Part shown: positions 29,701 to 40,725 of the stretch, piece by piece
Numbering within the stretch: position 1 is the first letter of the stretch
Layout of the letters: each line of letters starts with the position of its first letter
Assembly: GCA_963786955.1 (NCBI GenBank)
Contig: CAWBAT010000005.1
Coordinates: 1,504,001 to 1,568,000, forward strand
Direction of reading: 5' to 3'
DNA: 64,000 nt
Origin: an uncultured Acidimicrobiia bacterium
Lineage (GTDB): Bacteria > Acidobacteriota > Terriglobia > Versatilivoradales > Versatilivoraceae
Notes under the pieces: model-generated
What the model saw: only the letters and a program-made list of their open reading frames with translations
Databases searched by the model: none
What the model was told of the DNA's origin: nothing
Made by a program: the position numbers and the translations under genes

Positions 29701-32151
29701 TCAACTTTCTACAGCCAGCCTGACGGCTTCAATGATTGCCTTTTTCCCGATATCATAGTGATCATACAGTTCGTCACGCGAGCCCGTTTGACCAAATTCA
29801 TTGACCCCAAGTGGGATCGTCTTTGTACCAAAAACGCTGCCAATGAACGAGAGTGCATGGGAATGACCGTCCATGACGGTAACCACTGGAACCTGCCGCT
29901 CGGCAGGAGGGACCAGCCGTTCTAAATGGAAAGAAAAACGGCTTGCCGGGTTCTTCATCTTCAACTTGCTGGCCTGTTGCCAACCTCGATAGAGAAGATC
30001 CGGGCTTGTGACAACGACCACATTGGCAAAGATCCCTTCATTCCTGAGCAACTGACTGGCTTCAATGGCATCCGGCACCACAACGCCACTGGCAAAGACA
30101 TTCACGACATTCGACGTAGGTTCGTAAGAGGGATCGCTTTGATAATCGACGATGCGATAACCGCCTTTGAGGACATTTTCACGCAGTGTTTTGGCTTGGG
30201 ATTCTTCCTGCGTGGAGGGGAACAATTCCTGCAAGATGGCACGCGTGGATAACCTCAAATACACGATCTGGCCGTTCTTTCGATCCGTAAGATTTTTCAG
30301 TCCCGCCAGGAAGATCCATTCCAACTCCTGGGCGAAGGTCGGTTCGTAGTAAACGAGGTTAGGCAATTCCATCCCGATTGAAGGCGTAATCACAGATTGA
30401 TGGGCGCCTCCTTCGGGGCTTAAAGTTATTCCCGATGGAGTGCCGGCAAAGATAAATTTCGATTCGCAATAAGCGGCATAGATCAAGGAGTCGAGGCCGC
30501 GGGAAATAAAAGGGTCATAGATCGTTCCCACCGGAAGGAGCGTTTCCCCGGTAAACTCCTTGGACAGTCCGAGCATGTTCAAGAGCAAGAATAGATCATT
30601 TTCAGATATGCCGAGTTCCAGATGATGACCTCGGGGGCTCTGCTCCCAATTGAGCATCAGAGAAATGGAGTTCTCACGAAAGAAATTCGTGCTTTCCTGC
30701 TGACAATAAACTCCCATTTTATTGATCCACCCGCCCAGGTTCGTCGAAATGGCGACATCGGGTGAGGTGGTCACAATTCTAGCAGCAACTTCAGGTTTGC
30801 GGCTCAACCCGGTCAACAATGTTCCCAACGCCTGCTGGGTCGAAATCTGGCCTTTGTATTGAGAACCGAGGGACTGCGGAATCGAGATCGGCTCCTTTGA
30901 GTCGGCAGCCGGGGGCAGTTTACTTTGGCCGGCCAATAGACCCAGGCGTGATTTGATATAAAGACCTTCAGGGCTATCTTCAGGGAAGCCTGCAAATTCT
31001 TCACCTAAAGGAATCCTAAACTGCCGTTGGAGTTCTGTGACCTGCTCCTGAGTGAGCTGCTTGGAGTGGTTCAAGGGATCCCCAGCAATCGGCAGACCCC
31101 ATCCCTTGATGGTGTATGCCAGAATCACAACGGGACAATGCAAGATTCGGTCCGCTTCCTCTAGCGTGGTCAGAATTTTCGGCAGATCATGACCTCCCAG
31201 ATCGGCAATAAGGCTCCGGATTTCTCCTGCGGGGCAATCCTTGAGAAGCCGAACCAGTTCAGTGTCGGCGATCCCGTATGGATGAGCCAACTTTTCCAGA
31301 ATCTTCTCCCCATCAGTTAGCCGCAAGAGACTTTGGTACTCATCGTTTGTCATCAGATCGATGCGTTCTCGCAGCTTCTCTCCGCCGGGACGAGCGAAGA
31401 CTTCTTCCAGGCGGCTTCCGTATTTCAATTCCAGGACATGCCAGCCATTCACCCGAAACATTTCTTTGATTTTTTGCGCTTTCCCACTGGGGACGATGCG
31501 GTCTAGACTTTGCCGATTCAAGTCAACGATCCAGAGCACGCGGCCCACTTGCTGCAGCGTCTCCTCTCCGAGCGCTTCCCAGACATTGCCTTCATCCAAT
31601 TCGGCATCTCCCACTAACGCGATGAATCGACCCTGAACATCATGCTGGAAGTGATCTTTCACATATGCCTGGGTGAGAGCCGCAAAGTTTGGGGTAACGG
31701 CTCCAAGCCCCACGGAACCGGTCGAGAAGTCCACTTCGTCCACATCTTTGGTGCGGCTCGGGTAAGACTGCAGCCCCTTGAAGCTGCGAAACTGTTTCAG
31801 CTTCTCCGCGGGCAGCTTGCCGAGCAAGAATTGAATGGCATGAAATATGGGCGATGCATGAGGTTTTACAGAGACGCGGTCACCCGCAGCCAAAACGCGA
31901 AAGTACAGGGCGGTCATAAGGCTCACTAAAGAAGCGGAGCTGGCTTGGTGTCCTCCAACTTTCACGCCGTCCGGATTTTCACGAATTGAGTTGGCGTAAT
32001 GAATCATATACGTGCTCAGCCAGAGAACACGATCCTGAATGTTCTGGAGAATGTCCAATTCGGAAGCGTCAGCAGACCGTTTTGCCGCTTGCGTTTTAAC
32101 GCGGGCTATTGATTCTTGAGAACGATTCTCGTGGTTGATGAGTCCCGACAT
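29701..32151 (-). CDS. ThDP-dependent single-chain pyruvate dehydrogenase E1 / transketolase-like enzyme (AceE-like)
   Basis: GGHQASSAS, STGSVGLG, GDAELDEG...VDLNRQSLD ThDP motif, TIKGWG, ELGISE, EGGAHQS, FGQTG. Start taken at ATG 32151 after a purine-rich RBS. Confidence 0.85.
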   Translation of the reverse strand: MSGLINHENRSQESIARVKTQAAKRSADASELDILQNIQDRVLWLSTYMIHYANSIRENPDGVKVGGHQASSASLVSLMTALYFRVLAAGDRVSVKPHASPIFHAIQFLLGKLPAEKLKQFRSFKGLQSYPSRTKDVDEVDFSTGSVGLGAVTPNFAALTQAYVKDHFQHDVQGRFIALVGDAELDEGNVWEALGEETLQQVGRVLWIVDLNRQSLDRIVPSGKAQKIKEMFRVNGWHVLELKYGSRLEEVFARPGGEKLRERIDLMTNDEYQSLLRLTDGEKILEKLAHPYGIADTELVRLLKDCPAGEIRSLIADLGGHDLPKILTTLEEADRILHCPVVILAYTIKGWGLPIAGDPLNHSKQLTQEQVTELQRQFRIPLGEEFAGFPEDSPEGLYIKSRLGLLAGQSKLPPAADSKEPISIPQSLGSQYKGQISTQQALGTLLTGLSRKPEVAARIVTTSPDVAISTNLGGWINKMGVYCQQESTNFFRENSISLMLNWEQSPRGHHLELGISENDLFLLLNMLGLSKEFTGETLLPVGTIYDPFISRGLDSLIYAAYCESKFIFAGTPSGITLSPEGGAHQSVITPSIGMELPNLVYYEPTFAQELEWIFLAGLKNLTDRKNGQIVYLRLSTRAILQELFPSTQEESQAKTLRENVLKGGYRIVDYQSDPSYEPTSNVVNVFASGVVVPDAIEASQLLRNEGIFANVVVVTSPDLLYRGWQQASKLKMKNPASRFSFHLERLVPPAERQVPVVTVMDGHSHALSFIGSVFGTKTIPLGVNEFGQTGSRDELYDHYDIGKKAIIEAVRLAVES

Positions 32152-32391
32152 CTTTCCCTCTCCCATGAATTGACAAGATTTCCCGATGCCATTGTCCGCT
32201 GTAAAAATCTTCGCCGTGGAGTCGACAGCCCTCCACCGCAACTTGAAGGGCGGACAACCCCAAATTCTACCATTGGAAGCCTAACGGGCGATAGAAAATG
32301 TCTGATGAGATTTCTGGTGAGATTTTACTTTGGAAGGCACTATGATGAGCACGGTCAGATTCTGCAGGACAATCCTCCCAGGAGGCTGCCC

Positions 32392-33915
32392 ATGATTGAA
32401 GCTGCCGGATCGGATAGCCCTCAGCCCAGAGTGGGACTGGTAACGTTCACTGACGATCGAGTGAACATCTTTTCCCGGGAACACGAACTAAGTCTGGAAC
32501 GAAAGCACCGAGAATTACGGGCCTTCCTCGAAGAGGAGGGGTTCCATGTAGTGGATGCCATGGAGCGTCTGCGTGGATCTGCCTCCATCGATTGGTTTGG
32601 TGTCCATAGTCCTGCAGAAGTGCGCGCGGTAGCCGACTTTCTCCGGGAAGGGCATGCGGAATGCCTCGTCATTGTTTCTCATTTCTGGACTCCACCTGGC
32701 TTTGCAATCGAACTCGTTAAACGTTTGGATGTCCCGGTATGCATTTATGCAGAGCGCATGCTTTCCAGCATTATCTGCATCGGCGCGGGGCTCCAACAAG
32801 TCGTCCCAAACCGGCACGCTCTCACGCACGAACGCCTGGTGGGAAAGGAACGACGACGTTTGCCCCATTGGGTTCGAGGCGTGACCGCAGTGGAAAAACT
32901 GCGCTACGACAGCGCCATCTTGTTTGGGAGTACCTATTGCCTCAAGATGGAGCACCTGGAGGATGATCATGCGCGGCTGAAGCGCCTGCTTATCGGTGAC
33001 CTCCTGATTGAAGAGCAATCGATTTTCGTCGCGCGGGGTGAGCGAATCCGTCGAGAACAGCCGGAACGTATCGAGCGCTACAAACGCTGGCTGGTGGAAG
33101 GAGGAGCGCGGATCTGTTATGACGGGCAGCGAGTTACCGAAGAGGTGCTTGAGGTGCATATCGCTGACTTACTAGGTCTCCGTCAGAGGTTAGCTGAATT
33201 GAGTGAACACCGCATCCGAGGAGTGTCGGTTCGTTGCCAGCCGGAGCTGTCGGAAGAGCGCGGCATTACAGCCTGCAGCATCCCGGCGTTTTTGCCCTTT
33301 GCGGAGGACGCCGAAGGGGAGCATGAACCACTCGTCGTCATCTGCGAGGGAGATGTTCGGGGGTTGGTGACGTTGATGCTGCTGCACCGGATTGTCCCCT
33401 CCGTGCCGCCCACTTTCGGGGACATGATGGATGCCAGCGAACGATTCGTGCGAATCTCGAACTGCGGCAGCGCCGGCCTTTTTTGGGCGGCCCACTCGAT
33501 GCGTGCGAAAGACGCGTTGCCGCATCTGACCTTGGCGGGGAATTGGAATGCTTCCGGTGGAGCCGCTTTTGGTTATTACTCTCCGCCCGGAGAGGTGACC
33601 GTCGCTCGATTGACTCGAGTCAAAGATAGCTATTTCATGCATCTGGGAAAGGGTAACCAGTTGGCGATCGAGGGTGAGGTTGAGAAGGAAGTCCTTTCGA
33701 CTTTCGGAGGCTGTTGGCCACAACACGCCGTGTCCCTCGGCGTCGACCCCCATTACCTGATCCGTGCCATGGGGGCCAACCATCCATGTCTGACCTTGGG
33801 TGATCAAACGTTGGAATTGGAGTACGCTTGTCGCGAGGTAGGTCTTCCCGTGATTCGTATTGACTCGGACGAAGCACTTCATCGTTATTGTGACGAAACC
33901 ATTCCGCTCCAGTAA
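32392..33915 (+). CDS. L-fucose/L-arabinose isomerase family protein
   Basis: CQPEL, CEGD, FGD, NCGS, TVARL, GANH: the Mn-ligand E/D/H pattern of FucI. GGAGG RBS before ATG 32392. Confidence 0.8.
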   Translation: MIEAAGSDSPQPRVGLVTFTDDRVNIFSREHELSLERKHRELRAFLEEEGFHVVDAMERLRGSASIDWFGVHSPAEVRAVADFLREGHAECLVIVSHFWTPPGFAIELVKRLDVPVCIYAERMLSSIICIGAGLQQVVPNRHALTHERLVGKERRRLPHWVRGVTAVEKLRYDSAILFGSTYCLKMEHLEDDHARLKRLLIGDLLIEEQSIFVARGERIRREQPERIERYKRWLVEGGARICYDGQRVTEEVLEVHIADLLGLRQRLAELSEHRIRGVSVRCQPELSEERGITACSIPAFLPFAEDAEGEHEPLVVICEGDVRGLVTLMLLHRIVPSVPPTFGDMMDASERFVRISNCGSAGLFWAAHSMRAKDALPHLTLAGNWNASGGAAFGYYSPPGEVTVARLTRVKDSYFMHLGKGNQLAIEGEVEKEVLSTFGGCWPQHAVSLGVDPHYLIRAMGANHPCLTLGDQTLELEYACREVGLPVIRIDSDEALHRYCDETIPLQ

Positions 33916-34049
33916 AAGGGTTTTGCCCGATCGATCTATTGGGAACTGGCGCCCGCCGGAGCTGCCTCCGGCCTGCACAAAACATTAGATTCTGCCTCGG
34001 TACACATCGAACACGGACTTAGACACTGATACGCAAAGAGGTTTTGACT

Positions 34050-35186
34050 ATGACTCATCGTGAACGGGTGCTCACGGCCCTGGCCCATCAGGAACCTGAC
34101 CGCGTGCCCTTCGATTTGGGCGGAAGCGCCTATAGCATCAATGATGACCATTATTTCCCCTTGAAGAAGTATCTCGCAATTGAAGGTGACGTAGAACCCT
34201 ATCGCCATGGCCATACCGGGAACTTTTATGATGAGAGAATTCTTGAGGCGCTCGACATTGATTGCCGCCATGTTTGGCTCAAGTCGCCAAGCAACTTCAG
34301 GGTTCACATGAATCCAGACGGCACATTCAAAGATGAATGGGGAATCCCTTTGATTCGTAAGGGAGCGTTCATGTCGGTTGTCGGCCATCCTCTGGCTGAA
34401 GCGTCCATCAGTGATCTGGGCCAGTACCCTTGGCCGGATCCTTACGCTCCGGGCCGCACCACTGGTTTGCGCGAGAAGGCTCTCTACTATCGTCAACAGA
34501 CAGACTATGCCCTGGTATCGCGCGCGCCAATTTCGGTGGGACTTTTCGAGATCGGATGCTACTTGCGCGGGACAGACGTCTTTTTGATGGACCTGGTGGG
34601 CAATAAACCGTTTGCCCATGCGTTGCTGAAGAAGATTACGGAAATCCTGAGTGCCATCATGGAGGTTTACATGGAGGCCATTGGCGACCTGGTGGATATT
34701 GTGACTTGGGGCGAAGACCTGGCTCATCAACGGAGCATGTTTTTTTCACTCGCAACCTACCGCGAAATGTTAAAGCCTCACCATACGGAAATTTTTTCCT
34801 TGGTGAAGCGCATGGCCCCGAACGCTCGAATCATGTTTCATTCATGTGGCGCGGTAAGGCCATTAATCTCTGAGTTGGCGGACACAGGTGTTGATGTCAT
34901 TCAGTCCATCCAACCATTGGCGAACGGAATGGATTCTTTTGCACTGAAACGAGACTTCGGTAACCGGGTTTCTTTTCATGGCGGCATCGATGTGCAGCAG
35001 GCGATGACAGGGACCCTGTCGGATGTCGAGGAAGAACTGAAGAAAAGACTTCAAGCTCTTGCCCCCGGCGGTGGCTATATCTTGACAACATCGAACAACC
35101 TGCAGGCCGATATTCCCCCGGAAAATTTGGTCCGTCTTTTCCATCTCGCCAAAGAATGGGGCCGATACCCGATCCGAATTGAATGA
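34050..35186 (+). CDS. URO-D/MtaA-CmuA fold protein (paralogue 1)
   Basis: MTHRERVLTAL..EPDRVP, DEWG, LRG, EDLA, FHSCG, FHGGIDVQ, GGGYIL. Confidence 0.85.
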   Translation: MTHRERVLTALAHQEPDRVPFDLGGSAYSINDDHYFPLKKYLAIEGDVEPYRHGHTGNFYDERILEALDIDCRHVWLKSPSNFRVHMNPDGTFKDEWGIPLIRKGAFMSVVGHPLAEASISDLGQYPWPDPYAPGRTTGLREKALYYRQQTDYALVSRAPISVGLFEIGCYLRGTDVFLMDLVGNKPFAHALLKKITEILSAIMEVYMEAIGDLVDIVTWGEDLAHQRSMFFSLATYREMLKPHHTEIFSLVKRMAPNARIMFHSCGAVRPLISELADTGVDVIQSIQPLANGMDSFALKRDFGNRVSFHGGIDVQQAMTGTLSDVEEELKKRLQALAPGGGYILTTSNNLQADIPPENLVRLFHLAKEWGRYPIRIE

Positions 35187-35280
35187 CTGCAATGATAGGC
35201 GCCTGAAGGCCGATTCAATAAACCCAAACGAATTTCTCAGCGCTACATAATCCTTAGGGTGGGTAAACGTTCTGAGTCCC

Positions 35281-36849
35281 ATGACAAATACGCCGATTGA
35301 GCGGGACAGCTACCTCGTTGGAGTTGATCTTGGCACAACCCTTGCCAAAACGGCTGTGTATGACACGACGGGCCGGTTGCTTGGAGAAGCGTTCCGGGAA
35401 ACGCAGATACGCTACCCCCGCCCGGGGATTGCCGAGCAAGACCCCGCGGAGTTTTACCAGTCTGCAGTGAGTACCATTCGCGCTGCTATTGAACAGGCCA
35501 GAATCTCGCCCCATCGCGTAGCTGCTCTCAGCATTGACAGTCAGGCGGGAGGTATCCTGGGTATTGATGCCGACTGGAAGCCCGTCATGCATTTTGACTC
35601 CCCCCTAGATACGCGCAGTACCCCCCTGAAACACCGCATGATGGCGACAGCCGGAGAGCGCATCTTTCAGCTTTCAGGAGCTTCGCCGACATACGGCCAG
35701 AAACTCTTGTGGTGTAAGGAAGAAAATCCACAGGCGTGGAAGAGGGTGTATAAGTTTATCCAGCCCGCCGCCTACGTCGCTGGCCTTCTGGCCGGGCTGA
35801 GTGGGGAGCAGGCTTATATGGAAACCACCTTCATATGCTGGTCAGGGTTGAGCGATACCGCTCGAATGGACTGGTCTGAGGAGCTGTGCCAAATCTTTGA
35901 TGTCCCTCTGCGGGTTCTGCCACGAATCGTATCAGCGCACGAGATTATCGGCACCCTGCAACCCGCCGCGGCTCGTGATTGTGGGTTGCCAAGTGGAGTC
36001 CCGATCGCCGCCGGGTGTGCTGATGCTGCAGCGACTCTGCTTGGCGCCGGCGTGATTGAGCCTGGGCTGCTCTTTGATATCTCGGGTACTGCTTGCATTT
36101 TTGGAGCATGCATCAATCGCTACCAGACCGACGTCGCGACCCGAACGCTTTCGTGTATGAACGGTATCTTGCCGGGTCAGTTCTATCAGCTTGCAATTGT
36201 CCTCGGCGGCCGGACCCACGATTGGTTTGTACATGAATTTTGCTCCGGCGAGACGAACGATTCAACTGCGGATGCGAAAAGCGTCTATGCTGGGATGGAC
36301 GCTCGGGCGGCAAGCTTGCCTCCCGGAAGTGACGGGGTGTTATGTGTCCCCCATTTGGGTGGGCGCTGGAACCCACCCGAACCGAATGTGCGCGGCCTTT
36401 GGATGGGTTTTGGGTGGGGGCATCGCAAAGAGCACCTCTACCGCTCCATCCTGGAGGCGGTGGCCTACGAATACGCCTTCTTTCTCGACCGCCTGCGGAC
36501 AACGATTCCTGGGATTCAATTCGAAGAAGTGCGCGTCATGGGGAGCGGGGCTAAGAGTCGGCTCTGGAACGAGATCAAGAGCAATGTCTTAGGGTTGCCT
36601 TATCGGAAATTAGCTCGGAACGATCTCGCCACCTGGGGCTCGGCCCTCCTGGCAGGTCATGCCGTTGGAATTTTCACGGATCTCGCCGCTGCCGCCAGGG
36701 CAAGTGCCAAAGTCACAGAAGATATTCTTCCCGATAAGAGCACGCAGCAGCTCTACTGCCAGTACAGGCTCCTTTACCACGAAGTCCTCAAACGAAACGG
36801 GGCGTCCTTCGATGCTTTGGCGAACATCGCCATTCGCAATGGAGTTTAA
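35281..36849 (+). CDS. FGGY-family carbohydrate kinase (xylulokinase-like)
   Basis: GVDLGTT, AEQDP, DTRS, SGTA, PHLGGR, RSILEAVAY, GSGAKS. Confidence 0.9.
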   Translation: MTNTPIERDSYLVGVDLGTTLAKTAVYDTTGRLLGEAFRETQIRYPRPGIAEQDPAEFYQSAVSTIRAAIEQARISPHRVAALSIDSQAGGILGIDADWKPVMHFDSPLDTRSTPLKHRMMATAGERIFQLSGASPTYGQKLLWCKEENPQAWKRVYKFIQPAAYVAGLLAGLSGEQAYMETTFICWSGLSDTARMDWSEELCQIFDVPLRVLPRIVSAHEIIGTLQPAAARDCGLPSGVPIAAGCADAAATLLGAGVIEPGLLFDISGTACIFGACINRYQTDVATRTLSCMNGILPGQFYQLAIVLGGRTHDWFVHEFCSGETNDSTADAKSVYAGMDARAASLPPGSDGVLCVPHLGGRWNPPEPNVRGLWMGFGWGHRKEHLYRSILEAVAYEYAFFLDRLRTTIPGIQFEEVRVMGSGAKSRLWNEIKSNVLGLPYRKLARNDLATWGSALLAGHAVGIFTDLAAAARASAKVTEDILPDKSTQQLYCQYRLLYHEVLKRNGASFDALANIAIRNGV

Positions 36850-36934
36850 AGGAAGGCCGGGATTCCGGGTTGCCCGCAAAGGGTGACAATGGCTACAGCT
36901 TGGCTTCAACAGGGACGGGAGAGTATGTTCGCGG

Positions 36935-37963
36935 CTAAAATTCCAGGGGATATCTTCCATATTTTTGGACAGATCGAGCCATCGTGAGCACGTTTTGAGG
37001 AAGCAAGTAGCCGGCCAAGCTATTACCACTGGTCACGATATAACCTCCTCCTGGCCCAATGTCCCGGATTAGCCCTCGAACTTCCTCTTCGACTTCCTCC
37101 GGCGTGCCCATGCCAAGGATGTTCAGGTCCACGTTCCCCATCAGACAGACCCGATTCCCATAGTTCCGTTTCATTTCCAGAATATCCACGGCCCCCTTTT
37201 CGTTGGGGTGCAACCCCGCAATCTTAAGGCTTAAGAAGTCTTCGACATAAGAAACCACGTTTCCATCACTATGCACAATCCAGGGTAACGTTATCTTTTC
37301 CCGTATCCGCTGATAGCGCGGAAAGATGACCTCGCGAAAAATTGTTGGGGAAACAAACGGTCCGGTCTTAAACGCAAAGTCATCGGTCGAGACAAAAACA
37401 TCAAATCCCATCTGGCAGACACGTTCGGCGACCGCTCCTGCCCAGTCAAAGTAAAGGTCTAGAACGGCTTCGACAAAAGGACGGTTTTCATAGAGGGAGA
37501 TGCAGAAATTTTCGATGCCCATGCTTATCCAGGCAGGGAAAAAACCGACCCGGCTGACCACGAAAGCGGCGTATGGTCCCTTTGACTGGGCAAAGGATTT
37601 GGCACCCTCATAGAGTGCCAAATCTCTAGGATCAGGTAGCTGGATCATGTCAAGATCCTTTTCAGTCTTGATCAGACCTTCACCATAGAATAGCCGGCCG
37701 TCCTGACCCGGGATCTTCTCAACGTACAGAGGAGGTCGCAACACGTAGGTGATGTTGTCCATTTGCAGCACTGAAGCGAGAGCCTTTGCTTCATCAACGC
37801 TGTAGGTATTGGCGTCCAAGTTGGCGGCCTGGTTCTCCACTTTCACCCAGCCCAAAAGCTGGTGAGCGAGCGCCCGGTCGATGCCCATTTCACAATAAGG
37901 GACTCGATCCGGTTGTTGACAGCATAAGGCTGCGAGTACTCTATCTCGTGATGTCATTTCCAT
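36935..37963 (-). CDS. URO-D/MtaA-CmuA fold protein (paralogue 2)
   Basis: MTSRDRVLAAL..QPDRVP, TDDFA, VHSDGN, LMGNVD, GGGYIVTSGNS. Start taken at ATG 37963 after GGAGGG. Confidence 0.85.
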   Translation of the reverse strand: MEMTSRDRVLAALCCQQPDRVPYCEMGIDRALAHQLLGWVKVENQAANLDANTYSVDEAKALASVLQMDNITYVLRPPLYVEKIPGQDGRLFYGEGLIKTEKDLDMIQLPDPRDLALYEGAKSFAQSKGPYAAFVVSRVGFFPAWISMGIENFCISLYENRPFVEAVLDLYFDWAGAVAERVCQMGFDVFVSTDDFAFKTGPFVSPTIFREVIFPRYQRIREKITLPWIVHSDGNVVSYVEDFLSLKIAGLHPNEKGAVDILEMKRNYGNRVCLMGNVDLNILGMGTPEEVEEEVRGLIRDIGPGGGYIVTSGNSLAGYLLPQNVLTMARSVQKYGRYPLEF

Positions 37964-38208
37964 TTCATTCCCTCCGAGCACGGGCACCACTCAGTTGACG
38001 GACTCCCTCCCGATTCAAAGCCAGGAAAGGGATCAATCAAAAATAAACCGCCGAGTAACTTTTTCGGTTTGCCATAGGACCATAAGATAGGGAGGAATAA
38101 TAGCCGACTACGATGTTCCGAAGCTAGCCCATAGAAAATACCGAATGGGCAGTCTGCGACGACTGCAATGCCACTAAACAAAGCCCCCTGAGCCTTGCCG
38201 ACACACCC

Positions 38209-39054
38209 TCACATCAACGCAGTTGGCCGTCGAACCCAATTTTTGTTTTTGTTCTTTGCGATGGATTCCAGGTCCAAAACATAGGCAGTCGATTGAGTAA
38301 GAACGTGGTGCAGGTCGTTGCCGATGCTGATAAAGGTAAAACCCTTTTCAAGAAACTCACCCACGCGGGAGGTGCCGAACAGAAAGACACCCAGGACGAC
38401 CTGATTCTTTTTAGCCTCTTTGACGAGTGTCTGAGTGGCTTCGTTAAGCTCCGTTGACGTGTACATGTGCGGGAATTCATACGTCTCATAGAGTCCCATG
38501 GACATGCAAAGGTCGTTCTGTCCAAGGAACAGAATGTCGACGCCTGGGACGGCAGCAATCTCAGCCATATTCTGGATGCACGAAGCAGTCTCGACTTGCA
38601 GGGCAATCATGATGTTCTTGTTTGCATTGCCGACATAGCCGAGCAAACCAGCCTTGTTCGTGCTCCGCTGTGGGAAGTAGACCGAGCGCGTACCTGCCGT
38701 GGGATACCGGGCGCAACTGACGGCCTGAACTGCCTCATCTGCATTATTGATATAGGGCACAAGCACTCCGTCGGCTCCTAAGTCCAAAGCTTGTTGGATC
38801 CCCCCACGGTCATGATACCCTGCCACGCGGACCATGGATTTGGCTCCACCGCTGCTGATGGCGCAAAGCATTGCGGACAACATGTCGTAGCTCATCGGCC
38901 CGTGTTGCGTGTCGACAAGCAACCAGTCATAACCGCTGTGAGCTAGCTGTTCGGCGACCGTAATACTGTGCGAGTTGACAAAGAGTCCCATTTTGGGGAT
39001 CCCCTCGCGCAATTGCTTCTTGAAATCTGCCCCATTAACCGTATCTTTGCTCAT
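38209..39054 (-). CDS. HpcH/HpaI class II aldolase
   Basis: GYDWLLVDTQHG, MVRV, LDLGADGVLVP, QVET, LGQNDL (variant of GPxDL). Confidence 0.88.
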   Translation of the reverse strand: MSKDTVNGADFKKQLREGIPKMGLFVNSHSITVAEQLAHSGYDWLLVDTQHGPMSYDMLSAMLCAISSGGAKSMVRVAGYHDRGGIQQALDLGADGVLVPYINNADEAVQAVSCARYPTAGTRSVYFPQRSTNKAGLLGYVGNANKNIMIALQVETASCIQNMAEIAAVPGVDILFLGQNDLCMSMGLYETYEFPHMYTSTELNEATQTLVKEAKKNQVVLGVFLFGTSRVGEFLEKGFTFISIGNDLHHVLTQSTAYVLDLESIAKNKNKNWVRRPTALM

Positions 39055-39417
39055 GATGACTTACTCCTTCATACAGAGAAATTGGGTTTTTCTGGTTGAT
39101 TCATTCAAATCTCGCGCACTATACCCAACTCACAAGATCCCGTCAAGGAAGTCCGTTTTCGCGTATGATTGGAAACGCCGAACCACCCCAGACTTATTCT
39201 TGCGGCACTGCAAAGCGCAGGCTTTAAACAACTCGCCATGAGAACAGGGGAAACATTGCCAATCAAAATGGAAGTGATTACGATGTGCCTGGGGGGCAGA
39301 ATGAAGGGCTGGGAAGATCCCTCAGAGGTCCAGGCTTGAGGGTAAGAGGGCAGAGAAGAGAATCGCTTTGTGGCAGGAGATAAAGGATGCAGAATCTCCC
39401 CAAAGTAGGAGAATGTT

Positions 39418-40662
39418 ATGAATAGACGACAGTTTCTCAATAGTTCTGCAGTCGCTGCAGTGGCATTTCCGTATGTGAGCACTTCCCCTGTGCTTGGGGC
39501 AAACGATCGGATTCAACTGGGCTTCATCGGTTTGGGTGGACGGGCCAAATGGCTGATCCAGAATGAAGAGTTTCCAGGTGCGGAGATTGTCGCCTTGGCT
39601 GACTGCGCGCTGCCTCGCACTCACGAAGCGGCCGGGCTCAAGCCTGAAGGCTCCCGCTGGAAAAAGTATCAGGACTACCGCAAGATGTTGGAAAAAGAAA
39701 GACTCGACGCCGTTTTCGTCGAGACGACGACTCATGCGCGCGTCTTGATCATGATCGAGGCCATGCAGGCTGGGCTGGACGTGTATGGCGAAAAGCCTCT
39801 CACGCTCACGATTGCAGAGGGGCGGACTCTTGTGAACGCCACTCGACGGTATAATCGAGTACTGCAAACCGGCTCACAGCAACGCTCGATCCCGATCAAT
39901 GCTTGGGCGAGCCGGCGAATTCGCGAAGGTGTGCTCGGGAAAGTCCACACCGTACTGACCTACAATTTCCTGGCTCCGATCGGCTGGTACCCCAAACCTA
40001 CTCAGAACATGCCGGAAGGATTGGATTGGAATCAATGGTGCAACCAGACCGAACTGCGTCCCTATCACAAACAACTCCAATATCAGTGGTTGTGGTATTG
40101 GGACTACGATGGTGGCGGCCAGAGCTGGGGTGTCACTGGGTGGGGGGCGCACTCGCTCGACCAGGTACAGTGTGCTTTGGGGACCGATGATACGGGGCCG
40201 GTAGAGATCGAGCCGGAAGACTTTAATAGGGAGAGTAAGATGAGTTTGCGCTATGCCAACGGGACCGTTGTCCTGCTGGAAGGCGTCAAGCGGGATCATG
40301 CCGACCTTGGAGCGATTTTCCTCGGCGACAATGGAAAGATTGAAATCAAGCGCGGCTCCTGCGTGGCGAACCCCCCGGAATTGTTGAAAGATGCCCCGCC
40401 CAACACACCAGAGGGTCCGGCTGAATGCCAAGACCATATCCAAAATTTCCTGGATTGTATGCGATCGAGAAAGAAACCGAATGCCGATGTGGAGATCGGG
40501 CACCGTTCGACCTCCGTTTGTCAGTTGATCAATATCTCCCGGGATCTCGGGCAGAAATTAAAGTGGGACCCTCAGGCCGAGCGATTTCCCGACAACGAGC
40601 AGGCCAACACATTGCTGACCCGCCCGCGGCGCAAAGGGTTCGAGTTGCCGAAAATCACCTAA
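39418..40662 (+). CDS. Gfo/Idh/MocA oxidoreductase with Tat signal
   Basis: MNRRQFL, IGLGGR, EKPL, QTGSQQRS, WGAHSLD. Confidence 0.9.
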   Translation: MNRRQFLNSSAVAAVAFPYVSTSPVLGANDRIQLGFIGLGGRAKWLIQNEEFPGAEIVALADCALPRTHEAAGLKPEGSRWKKYQDYRKMLEKERLDAVFVETTTHARVLIMIEAMQAGLDVYGEKPLTLTIAEGRTLVNATRRYNRVLQTGSQQRSIPINAWASRRIREGVLGKVHTVLTYNFLAPIGWYPKPTQNMPEGLDWNQWCNQTELRPYHKQLQYQWLWYWDYDGGGQSWGVTGWGAHSLDQVQCALGTDDTGPVEIEPEDFNRESKMSLRYANGTVVLLEGVKRDHADLGAIFLGDNGKIEIKRGSCVANPPELLKDAPPNTPEGPAECQDHIQNFLDCMRSRKKPNADVEIGHRSTSVCQLINISRDLGQKLKWDPQAERFPDNEQANTLLTRPRRKGFELPKIT

Positions 40663-40725
40663 GAGACCCGGTATTTTCAAATCCTAATCTCTTGCGCTCC
40701 GGACAAATCACTATATTCCACAACG

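Noticed and set aside
38045-38075. c-di-GMP-I riboswitch-like GGCAAACC on the minus strand
   Set aside because: The rest of the consensus (second stem and GCAAA element) is missing.
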